34,264 nt of DNA from Rhizaria sp. SCN 62-66 (taxonomy: Eukaryota), in NCBI GenBank assembly GCA_001724265.1, contig MEDY01000009.1, positions 248,001 to 282,264 of the forward strand, given 5' to 3'. A program made the translations under genes and the position numbers. The notes below the pieces were generated by a model that was not told where the DNA came from, made no database searches, and worked only from the letters and a program-made list of their open reading frames with translations. Of this stretch, positions 1-10,713 are shown piece by piece. Positions within the stretch are counted from its first letter, which is position 1. Every line of letters starts with the position of its first letter.

Positions 1-3000
1 TCGTGCGAGCGGTTGCGCGGCGCCGCCAGCACGCGCGGCGCAAAGCCCACGGCGCCGCGCGCGGGCTGGCCGGCGTAGCGCGCGAGCGTGGGCAGCAACG
101 CGGCCAGCGCGGCGGCGTCGATCCGGTTTGACGCGATCCCCAGGTGCGACACGCCGGGTGACGCGCGCACGAGTGTTGCCACCGCAGGCGCGTGCGCGGC
201 GCGCAAAGAGTTGGATGTCAGGTGCAGCGACTGCACGGCCGTCGTGCGCGTCGCCGTGACCGCCGCGAGTAGCAGCAGGTGCGCGGACGTCGCGGGCACG
301 GCCGTAGCAAGCGCACGCGCGGCTGCGGCCTCGGCAGCGACGGCGCTGTCGGTCGGCGACGCGGGCACGCCGAGCAGCTGCGGCAGGAAAGCTGGCAGCG
401 GCTGCGGCGCGGCGAGGTGCGGCGCGTAGGGCCGCGGCAGCAGATGCGGCCCCATGGGCTCAACCGGGTAGCCATAGTGCTGCGCGGGCGGGTCCGACTG
501 CACGACACACACGGATGCGGAGTCGACTGTGTCCGCGCCGTCGCCTGTACCGCTGCTCTTGCTGTTGTTCTTACTCCCGGCCGCGAGCAACGGCGCGCCG
601 CGAGCGTCAGCAAAGAGCGCGTACGGCACGCAGCGCGGGTACGCGTGGTTGTAGGCGTTGAAGTGCCGCCAGAACCGGCGGTTGGACGCGGCCATGTACA
701 GCACAGTCCACAGCGCGGCGGGCGACAGCGCGGCGGGCGAGGACGCGCCGTCAGTGCCGACGCCGATACCGCGGACCGACAGGCCGAGCGCGGCCGCGGC
801 GGCAGCGGTCGCCGAGGCAGCCGCAGACGCCGCCGCAGTGGCTGCAGACGTCGACGCAGCGTGCGTCAGAGCATTCGCATGCAAATGCGTGTGCACATGC
901 GACTGCAGGTGAGGCGGCAGCATCGCCGCGGCAAGCGCGTGGAGGTCGGGCACAACCGCCGGCAGCGACAGCGGGCGCGGCACGGTGATCAACGACGGCG
1001 CGATGCACGCCCAGAGCAGACGGGACAACGTGGCGGCAGCAGTGACGGTGACTGTAGAATGTGAAGAAGACGACGACGATGACGATCCAGACGAAGAAAC
1101 AACTGCTGAGGAGGATGCTGGGAACATGTGTCCATACGAAGCAGCGGCGGCGGCCACGGTCGCGGCGGCGGCGTCGGCGGCGTTGCTGCCTCTATTCGCC
1201 GCGGCCGTCAGCAATGCAAACGCGGCGGGTGACAGCGGGGGCAGAGCGGCAAGCAGCAGAGCAAGCAGCGGCGTGTGCAGCGCCAGCGGCGTCGGCACCG
1301 AGACGAAGGAAAACACGTGCGCAGGCTTAACCATCGTCACGCCGCCGTTCGCGGACACATTCGTCGCGACCGCGGCAGTCGACGTCGCAGCAGCGGCCGC
1401 GCTCGCACCATTCGCACCGGGCGCGCCCGCGTTAAAGGCGACGAACGCGTTCGCGGGCGCCGGCAGCGCGACGCGTACAGTCTGCGGCTCGGCGGTGACG
1501 GCGGCGCGCACGGCCGCGGTCGCGGGGGGACGCTGCGCGGTAAAACACGCAAACAGCGGGGCAGGGGAACGCGCGGCCGCGGGCGCGTAGGCCGTGTCCA
1601 CGCGCAGCGCCTCCATCATCGCAGTGGCCGCGGCGGCGCTCAGGGGACGCGTGCCTGTGATCACACGCGACGCGTCCGCGGCGGCGGCCGCCGCAGCGGC
1701 GGGCGCAAGCGCGGGCGCGGGGCCGAGCGGAGGCATAACCGGCAGGGCTTGACCCGCGGCAGTGACGGCCGGCAGCAGCGCACGAGGCCCCAGCGCGATG
1801 AGATTGCTAATATTGTTATCATTCGCAATGTTGCTGCCATTCGAATTAGCACTGCCATTGCTGTGGATGTTACTGTGGTTCGTAAGAGGGCTGGCGGTGC
1901 CGTGCGGGCGTGGCGTGGTCAGGTCGGCACCAGCGGCGGTGAGTACCGTGGCCAGCGGCGGCAGCGGAACGCCGTCGCAGGGCCCTGAGAGCGCGGCGAG
2001 CGGCGAAAGCGGCGCCGCGGTAACGGGTGACACGGACTCGGCCGCGACAAGCGAGCACGCCTGCGCCGCCGTCGGGCGCGGGCTCGTGGTGTTCCTTTGC
2101 TGTGGACCGTGCTGTTGCTGCTGCTGGTTCTGCTGCTAGCTCTGGTTCTGGGTCTGGCTCTGCTGCTGGGGCAAGTTAGCGTACGACAGTGGGACCGCCG
2201 TGCCAACCGAGAGCTGCCTGTATTGCGGCACGAAGGCATGCGCCTCGGCCGACGGCGGCGGCAGCGGCGGTGACCACAGTGCGCCGGGCGCCAGCGGCAC
2301 GCTCGAGAGCGCCCACAGCCACGGAAGCACCACGCGGTAGTGCCGCAGCGGCTTCACTTCCGCGTGCGGCTTGACTTTGTTCTGGTGCAGCAGAGCGCGC
2401 GCAAGGCGCAGCATCGGGTCAGCCAACAGCTGGGCAGCAGCAGATGCAGAGTCTCCAGTCTTGGCATGGGGATTCTTGTTGGCAGCAGCAGCAAGCAGTT
2501 TGTTGTGGCGCCAGTCACGCTTTGCGGCCGCAAGCGCGCGCCGCGCCGTGGTAAACGCAATGGCGACGGCAAGCTGGTCAGCAATCGACGCGGAGCGCGC
2601 CAGCACCGCAGTGACGTCGCCCTGGGTCGGGACTGGGCCCGGACCGGCGGCACCGCTCCTGCTCTTGCCGGCGCTGCTGGCCTTGCCGTCTCTGGCGTCG
2701 AGAGGACTCGAGTCGGTAGAACGGACGTGCGCCGCCTGGGCGCCAACATCGTTGCTGTTGCTGCTCGTTCCAGCTCCGGTTCCTGTCGCCGCCACGCCGC
2801 TGCCGGAGGAGGAGGGGAGCGTCACTGGCAGGCCTGAGAAGGCGGGCGTGAGCGCGGGCAGCGCTTGCGCCAGCCGCGCGGCCTGCGGCGACGACAACGA
2901 GGCCAGGTCTTCGACGCTCGGCAGCGCGCCGCCCGCAGCAGCGGCAGCGGCGGCGGCGACTGGGCCCGCGACGGCGACGGCGGCCTCTGCGAGCGCCAGA

Positions 3001-3878
3001 GTCAGTGCGCGGCGGTGCGCGCGCGCGGCCGACTCGCGGACCAGCCGCGGCAGCGAGCAGGGATGCGAGGGACGCACACGCGCGGGTGGGTGCAGCGGCA
3101 CGCCGTGCTGCTCCGGACGATGCCTGCCAGTCACAATTGTGGTGTTGGTGTCGGGGCGTTGGCGCTTGTGGCAAGCGCGGCAGCGACGGCGGCGGCCGGT
3201 ACTGTTGTGTACATCTTGCTGTTGATGCTGATGTTGCAGCTGCAGCTGATCCAAGTCGGCGGTTGACTGGCCGAGTGTGGGCGTGGTCGAGGACGCGGAT
3301 GCAATAAGCGCCGCGTCTAGGCTGGCTGACACAACACCGCCTCTGTTAGTCGCGGTCGCGGCAGCGGAAGAGTCAGAATGCGAAGCACGCGTGTCCGCAG
3401 CGACTCTTGCGCCGTTCGCAGCCAGTGTAGAGCTGCTAGTGGAGGGCGTGTTGTGCGCGGATGCCGGCGCGAGACCTGAGGCTGCAGCCGGGACGGGGGC
3501 GGAGACGGCCGCCTCGAAGGCCGTGTGCAGAGCAGTGACGACGGGGCCCGACGAAAAGGCCTCCGCAGTGAGCCCGTCCTGCGGCAACGTGGCGACCGCG
3601 GGGACGACAATTGCGGCGACGTGCGTGGCAAGCGAGGGGAAGTGGCGGCCCGTGATGAGCGTGCTGGGCGTAATCTCAGTGATGCACTGCCCCGAGCCGT
3701 CGGCGCCGGAGCCGTCGGCTGCGGCGTGCGCGGCCGCCGTGTGCTGCGCGTCGCTGCCCCAGACGCGCGTAATGCGCACGGCGTCGGCTGCGTTTGAAGA
3801 CAGCGCCGAGATCGCTGACTCGAGCGCGGCGCTGTTGATGAAGTTGGGGTGCGGGGGCGGGGTGAAGTAGGACGACAT
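1..3878 (-). CDS. Large Ala-rich protein with ribonuclease-inhibitor-like leucine-rich repeats; >1290 codons, runs off the left edge; one in-frame TAG at 2136-2138
   Basis: ATG at 3878, 580 codons, TAG, then the same frame stays open for 711 more codons to the window edge (scanned by hand, no further in-frame stop). Two LRR motifs, VQSLHLTSNSL (236-204) and VSHLGIASNRI (152-120), are exactly 28 aa apart, the RI-like period. Composition is similar on both sides of the TAG. Confidence 0.65.
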
Positions 3879-4441
3879 GGCGGGACGCGGAAGCGGGAGA
3901 CGCGACGAAGTCGGTCTGCGCGATTGAGAGGTAAGACTTCCCTGTACGAGTCTGCTGCAAACGCTTTAGTGATTGAAAGATGTGGGTATATCCTATACCT
4001 TGAAAAGAATTCTATCAGTGACGTTTAAATAGCGCAAACAGAATGAGATGAAATTGTGGACCGAGACAGCATCGCAAGATATGATGGCGCGTGAAAAGAA
4101 TCAACAAGGGAGCATATGTACGATGAATTCAAACAGAGATAAGACAAAGAAAGAAATAATGCACTTTTATGTCCAAAACCGACTGTATCGAAACACTTGA
4201 CGATGAAAATCTCGCGATATCTTTGATTATGGCCAAGGTAGTGAGGGCCTTTCTAAATCCAGATCTCGTCCTCGCTGAGGGATGATTGTCACGTTTATTT
4301 CAGGACAGCATGACAAGTCTAGATCGAGTAATAGTGACGTAAAATGAATGTTTTATTATACCACATAACCTCAAATCATCCTCCAACCCCTTTATAAATC
4401 CTTACACAGCACTAGCGCAATGCATCCCGTTGAATGCTCTC

Positions 4442-7165
4442 TTACGCGTTGACCTTGTTGGCGCGCTTGGTGGCGCTGGTGTTGTTGGCGGCCTTGAGCC
4501 CGCAGACGCGGTTGAACACGAGCTTGCTCTTGGTCTTGTCGTCATTGTCGATCACGGAGTCGGGGTCCACGCAGAAGTAGCCCACGCGGTCGAACTGGAA
4601 CGTCTTGCCGGCCGCGGCAACCGACTCGAGGAGAGGGGTCGAGACAAACGCCGTGGACACGACCAGCGACTGGGGGTTCAGGTCCTGCTTCCAGTCGCCC
4701 TGGAACGCCATAGGGTCCGCGGAGTTGAAGAGCTTGTCGTAGAGGCGCACCTCGGCGGTGGCCGGGGAGACGCCCGCGGCGGCCTCGGACACCCAGTGCA
4801 GCTTGGCGAAGGGCTTGACGTCGTTCTCGAAGTCAACCGTGCCCTAAAAGGAACAAAAATGACAATAAAATGTGGTGTTGTGAGGACAGTATAGCAAGGT
4901 ATTGATGAATATACTAACATGACCGAAGAATACATGAATATATCAATGATATAATACCAAAGCATGACTCTTTGTGAAGAAGACAGCAATTAGACGGGAC
5001 GCGTACCTGAAGCTCCTCGACGCGGCCGTCGGCGCCGATGGTCTGGCCCGTGAGCGTGACGTTGAATGCGTGGCGCAGGTGCGCGGTGCGGCCGGGCGCG
5101 AGGCGCAGGAAGCCCTCGACGGGCTCCAGCATGAAGTCGTCGCGCTCGATGTACACGACGCGCGTGAGCGGCACGTGGTGCACGTCACCAGTCTTCTCGC
5201 CGCCGGGCATGTTCGGGATCGCAACCGTGCGCGCGGGCGCGTCCACGGGCACGTTGGTGAGCACGAGGCGCAGCGGGTCGACGACGACCATGGCGCGCGC
5301 GGCGGAGAGGTTGAGCATCTCGCGCGCGGTCGACTCGATGCGCTCGTAGGGGATCATAGTCGCCGTGCGCGAAATGCCGATCGACTTGATGAAAGAGTTG
5401 ATGATCTCGGCCGTAATGCCGCGGCGGCGCAGGCCGTTGATCGTCAGCAGGCGCGGGTCGTCCCAGCCCGAGACGTGGTTCTCCTCCACGAGGGCGCGCA
5501 GACGGCGCTTGGACATGACGTTGTGCGTGATGTTGAGGCGGGAATACTCCCACACGCGAGGCTTGTACAGGTCCAGCTCGTGCAGCAGCCAGAAGTACGA
5601 CTCGCGACGCACCTCGAACTCGAGCGTGCACATGGAGAAAGTGATGTTCTCCAGCGAGTCGATGATGCAGTGCGTGTAGTCGTAGGTGGGGTAGATGCAC
5701 CACTTATCGCCAGTGTGCGGGTGCTTCGTGTACCGGATGCGGTAGAAAACCTGAAAAAAGGAATACAAGGCAAATCCAAAATAGTACAAAAGAGAGAAAT
5801 ATGAGGAGATGAAATTAAACCAATGACCAAAAACTGATATTGAATTAAGTAATTTGTTATAATGATCATCGATGCGATATGTTATCACAAAGCACGTACG
5901 GTGTCGAGCATGTTGGGGTTAGGGGACGAGAGGTCACCCTTCATGCGGAGCGTGCACTCGTTCTCCTTGCACTTGCCCATGCGCATGTCCTCGAAGAGCT
6001 GCAGGTTCTCCTCGACGGAGCGGTCGCGGAACGGCGACGCGGGCATGGTGCCCGTCTTCTTGTACTCGTCGCGGCCCTTACCGATGTCCTCCTTCGACTG
6101 GTGGCACACGTACGCCTTGCCCTTCTTGATAAGCTTCACGGCAAGGTCGTAGAGCTGGTCGAAGTAGTCGGACGAGTAGGTCGTCTTCCACGGCTTGTGG
6201 CCGAGCGCGGCGAGGTTCTCGAGGATCGTGTCGATGTACTCCTGCTCCTCGGCCTCGGGGTTGGTGTCATCGAACCGCATGATGCAGTGTCCGTTGTACT
6301 TCTGCGCGACGGAAAAGTTCTGCATCATCGCCTTGGCGTGGCCAAGGTGCAGGTAGCCGTTGGGCTCCGGGGGGAAGCGTGTGATGACACGGCCCTTTGT
6401 CTCGGCCTTGACGCGCTCGAGCTGCTCGGGGGTGTTGCGCGCCCACTCAAGCATGCGGCCCTGCAGCATGTCCTCGGGCGGGATCGTGAACTCGTCCTCC
6501 TCGCCCGCGGCGTCGCCCTCGGGCGTCTCGGCGGCCTTGGCGGCGGGCTTCGCGGCCGCGGCGGCGGGCTTCGCGGCGACGGCGGCGTCCTTCTTGGGCA
6601 GAGGCGCGCTGTCGGCGTCAGTCTTGGGACCAAGGCGCGCGAGCACGGCGGCGTCAAACTGAGCCTTGACAGCGCCGCCGTCAGCCCACTTGAGGGCCTG
6701 GGTGGCGGCGCCGAGCATGCGGCCGACGGCGCGGTAGCGCTGCACATCGAGGTCGTACTGCGGGTCCGCGAGGATGGCGTCGATGGCGGCAGAGATCTCC
6801 GCGGGCGTCACCACGACGCCGACGCCGCACTCCTTGTCGAACTCGGCGGCGTCGAACACCTCCTTCTTCTTGAAGTACGTCGCGGCGGCGTTGACCTGGG
6901 CGGAGGACTTGATGGCGCCAGAGACGACGCGCGCCCAGAGCTCCTTGCGCGAGGCGCGGATGATGGGGGAGCCGTCGACGCCAACCTTGGAGGTCAAGTT
7001 GTAGAAGACCTGGCCAACGGCCTTGTCGCAGCCGCCGGTGATGCCAGCCTCCTCGATGATCTGGTAGAGGGTGGCGGCGAACTTCTTGTTGTTGATGGTC
7101 TCGGCGGCGACCTTGGGGTCAAGGCCGATCGCCTTGAACACCTCGATGCGGGGGTCCTCAGCCAT
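4442..7165 (-). CDS. QARS1: Glutaminyl-tRNA synthetase, eukaryotic type; exons 7165-5900, 5750-5007, 4843-4442 (803 aa)
   Basis: TRFPPEPNGYLHLGHAKA (HIGH), RFDDTNP, HPHTGDKWCIYPTYDY, VMSKR (KMSKS equivalent), GWDDPRL, C-terminal FQFDRVGYF, plus a eukaryotic N-terminal extension. Splicing restores MLDT|VFYRIRY and EELQ|GTVDF. Ends TAA. Confidence 0.97.
4844..5006 (-). other. Spliceosomal intron 2 of GlnRS (163 nt, phase 0)
   Basis: GTACGC donor, ...gttcctttTAG acceptor, AT-rich; joins two open GlnRS-like exons in frame. Confidence 0.92.
5751..5899 (-). other. Spliceosomal intron 1 of GlnRS (149 nt, phase 0)
   Basis: GTACGT donor, ...cttttttCAG acceptor, AT-rich; removal restores conserved sequence. 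Confidence 0.93.
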
Positions 7166-7673
7166 GCTGCTACTAATATTAATAGGAGTAAGAGAAAATA
7201 GACAATGGCATAAACGTAGACGTGAGCGATATAGGAGACACTACGGTATTGAGATTGTGTTAGCAAGAACAATGGAGATGGGCCTCTCGCACTCCACATG
7301 CCGGGAGCCGAAACAAGGAAATCGGCGGACTTGGACGACGAGTTGAGGGATGCGAAAAAACGCATATATGAGAACAGCAAGATTTCTATCTAGAAATAAT
7401 CTTACAGAATCCAAACGACGTTGGCATGTCTTTCTAGAGACGCTCGAAAACAGCGGTCTGGGCCCTCTCTCTCGGCCTCGATTTTTTTGTGGCTGCGAGC
7501 ATTTTTGCGAACCTTGCCGCGCCGAAGCAAGCAAGCAAGGAGCACCGAGTGACGATTAAAATCATGTCTGGCTCTCTGTGTTTCGATCATTAAACAGCGC
7601 TGAGACCCTAGTTTCTGACTCTCCAAGAAGGTTTAGTTCCAAGGTTTTAATTACACGTGCTGGATCTGTTGGT
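7166..7673. promoter_or_regulatory. Divergent promoter region, GlnRS / Arp11
   Basis: 508 nt between head-to-head starts; contains GGTTCGCAAAAAT on the minus strand (7513-7501), similar to the motif in the other divergent gaps. Confidence 0.6.
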
Positions 7674-10203
7674 ATGTTCAGTTTGCTGAGCGGCACTGGC
7701 GCCCGCCACCCGACAGTGGTGCTCGACATCGGCGACCACTCGATCAAGTGCGGTATCGCAGGCGAGCCTGCGCCGCGCCGCATCGTGCCCACCAACTACT
7801 TGCTTAGCATGACATCTCTTGCCGCGTTCGCGCCTACCGTCAAGGTCCGTCAACTCTCTCCACACTCCCTCTGTCACCTTCGTTCCACTCATATCCTTTC
7901 ACCACTTGACAGCGCATGAAATCGTACTTGAACGACTCTAGTAAATACGCATATCTCACAATACTGCATTTTTCCAATTGTCATGCACAGGTTTTTCCCA
8001 CGATGACACCCATCTCACTTGTCGGCACCGTTGAGTGGGCGCAAATCCTCTCGGTCGTCTTCACCAGCGTCTTCGCAGAACACCTCCTCATCTCGCCCAA
8101 GGACCGCTTCGTTGCCATCGCAGAGAACCTACTCTGGCCCCTTCATTTCAAACGCGCTATTGTCGCCGCGCTCACGCACATCAACGTCGCCGCCGTGGTG
8201 TTTTTCCCTGCCCCCGTGCTGCCTATCTACGCCATCGCAGTGCCGGACGCGGCGGCGCCGTTCCCCATCCCCCTGCCTGCGCCCGCGCCCGCCGCCGGCC
8301 CCAACGCCGCTGCGCTGTTCGCGACATCCTCCTCCTCGTCCTCCGGGCCGGCGGCCCCGCTGGCGTCCGCGGCCGTGACGTCCCCGTCGTGCGTCGTCGT
8401 CGACATCGGCGCCTATGAGTCGCGCGTACTTCCGCTGGTCCACGGCGCGCCCCAGCTCCAGGCCTACGCCACGGCCCCCGTGGGCACGCGCCACGTTGCC
8501 GCGCTACTGCGCGCGCTGCTGCTCGCGCCCCCCGGCTCGGCCCCGGCGCTTGCTGCAGCCGCCGCGCTGGACTCGACCGCGCCGGCGCCCTCGGAGGCGC
8601 AGCAGCTCGACGCCGCGGCCTCGGTCGTCGCGCCGTTTCTGCTCCCGCTCGCGCAGCCGCAGCAACAGCAACAGCAACAGGGTGGCGATACCACGTCGTC
8701 GTCGGTGCAGAGTGGCGCTGAGACGGACTGCCCCGCGATCGCGCTCGCTGCCGTCGCGGCGGCGTGGGCCTCGGCCGCCGTCCCCGTGACCACGGGTTCC
8801 AGCGCAAATGCCGGTGTAAACGCTAACACTTCGTCTGCGAACGTCGTGCGGTGGTCCTGGCTTGCGGACGTGGCGCCTGGCACGGACCTGGAGCTCGCCG
8901 TGGCCACGGTAGCGCAGGCCGACGCCGCTGTCGCGGGCGCCGCCGCGGCCACCGTGTCGCCTTTCCCGGCCCAGTCCGCGCTGGCCAGCGACCTCCGGGC
9001 GACGTTCGAGGACGAGGACCCGTCTTGCCTGGCCCTCGCGGCGCGCGCGCTGACGCAGGAGGTCGCCGAGGCCGTTGTGCTGCGCATCGCGAGCCACAGC
9101 GCGGGGCTGCTCGTGCCGGACGCAGTGCTCACGGTCACTATTCCCGCCTGCTTCCCGCTCTCGCCGCTAGGGCTCACGGTCACGTTTCCTGTGCGCGTGT
9201 ACCTCACGGCGCTGCACGCGCTCTTTGGGTTCCGCTACCTGCCCGCGCTCGCCGCGGCGGGGGCCGAGCGCACGGCGCCTGCGGCCGAGCCCGTCGCCAA
9301 GGGAGTGACGATGACGCTCACGCCCGTGGCGGCCGCGTTCTCAAACAACAATAACAAAAACAGCGCTGCTGCGGCGGCGGGTATTGTGGGCGAGAATCCT
9401 AGTGCGGTCCGCAGCAACACGATGGCGACTACGGCCTCGGTCGAATCCTCCGCCTCCGCCAACGCCGCAGCGGTCGCCGCGCGCGCCGTCTCGCTCGCGG
9501 TCTGCCGCGGCGGCGCCTCCGTGGCGGACGCCGTGCTTGACTCGCTCGCCGCGCTGGACGCGGAGGCGCGCTCGCTCTGCGCGCGCAGCCTCGTCCTCGT
9601 CGGCGGCGGCGCCGGGCTCGCGCCGTGGCAGCCCAGCGCCGAGGCGACCGCTACTATATGCGAGGCGGGGGCCGGGGCGGGCGCGACGTCGCTGATACCC
9701 GCGCTGCTGGTCAACGCGCTCGCGCACGCGCACGCCGCGCGCGGACTGGGCCAGCCCACGGTCACGACGGCCGCTGTCGAGCGCCGCCGCACGCAAAGAC
9801 AGGGCAAGAGCGACTCGTCTGCTGCAGCCAAGCCGCACAAGAGTGGGTTCGACGGCGTTCTCGTCAGCTCCGTGGCCCAGCGCGCTGGCGATCTGCGCGC
9901 GCGCCTGTGGCAGGCCCCCAGGCCGCGGCTGACGAGTCCGATCACGCACCCGCTGATCGCGACGTGGACGGGGCTATCTCTGATGGCGAGCATGCAGCTG
10001 CCGCCGCGGGTGTTCATCGGTCTGCGAGCGGGCGCGGTGCCCGTCGAGGTCGACGACATCTTCGGGCTCGACCATGAGGGCGAGGACGACGAGCATGCCG
10101 ACGGCGACGACGACGACGACGAAGAGGCCACCGCCGCCGGTATCGCCGACGGCGACAATAAGGACAAGAAGGCCGCCTCGAAGAGGCTCGATGACGCCGA
10201 CTA

Positions 10204-10237
<34 letters not shown>

Positions 10238-10540
10238 AGCGAGGTCGGCCACGCGCTCATGGCGGCCAAGATTGCTGACCGCACCGCCAAGGCCACGGCG
10301 CGCCGGCTGGGGCCCGCCGCTGTGGCCGGCCGCGACTGGCTGTGGTCTCACCTGGCGCTCGTGGCGCGCAGGCAGCACGAAGACCGGTCCTACGACGACA
10401 AGGTGGCGCTGGCCAAGAAGGACGCGGAGATCAAGAGAATCTTGAAGCGACAGGAGAGGGCCAAGGCTGCGGAGGCGGCTGCAAAGGAAATGGAAATTAA
10501 GGCTACCGCGACCGCTGCGACGAGGCCAGCGCCTAAGTGA
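7674..10540 (+). CDS. ACTR10: Actin-related protein 10/Arp11 (dynactin pointed-end subunit), expanded to about 906 aa; exons 7674-7844, 7991-10540
   Basis: Actin-fold motifs VVLDIGDHSIKCGIAGEPAPRRIVP, VVVDIGAYESRVLPLVHG, SLVLVGGGAG and ATWTGLSL. HLLISPKDRFVAIAENLLWPLHFK resembles the ACTR10 segment [24 protein letters not shown]. Ends TGA. Confidence 0.8.
7845..7990 (+). other. Spliceosomal intron of Arp11 (146 nt, phase 0)
   Basis: GTCCGT donor, ...tcatgcaCAG acceptor; joins the two actin-like ORFs in frame. Confidence 0.85.
10211..10237 (+). repeat. (GAC)9 coding microsatellite (poly-Asp) in the Arp11 acidic tail
   Basis: Read directly. Confidence 0.9.
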
Positions 10541-10713
10541 AAGACATTGAATGATTAGCAACATACGGACTCCGTACAAACATCATTGGACTCAAGGATT
10601 TAATAAAAAGTCAGTATTATGTATAATGGTTATAGTGAAAACAAAAATGAAAAACAAAGGGAAGAAAAAGAAATGCCTTGGATATGACTCAGTGATTTTC
10701 GACTACACTTGCT

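Noticed and set aside
2095-2184. A small intron removing the TAG, using GTACGC at 2184 (-) followed by CTAAC
   Set aside because: Splicing to the TAG or the neighbouring CAGs (49 nt, +3n) shifts the frame. The nearest frame-preserving AG beyond the TAG (CAAAG, 90 nt) has no pyrimidine tract, and the segment is GC/purine-rich unlike the six real introns. Unlikely, though only RNA-seq can exclude it.
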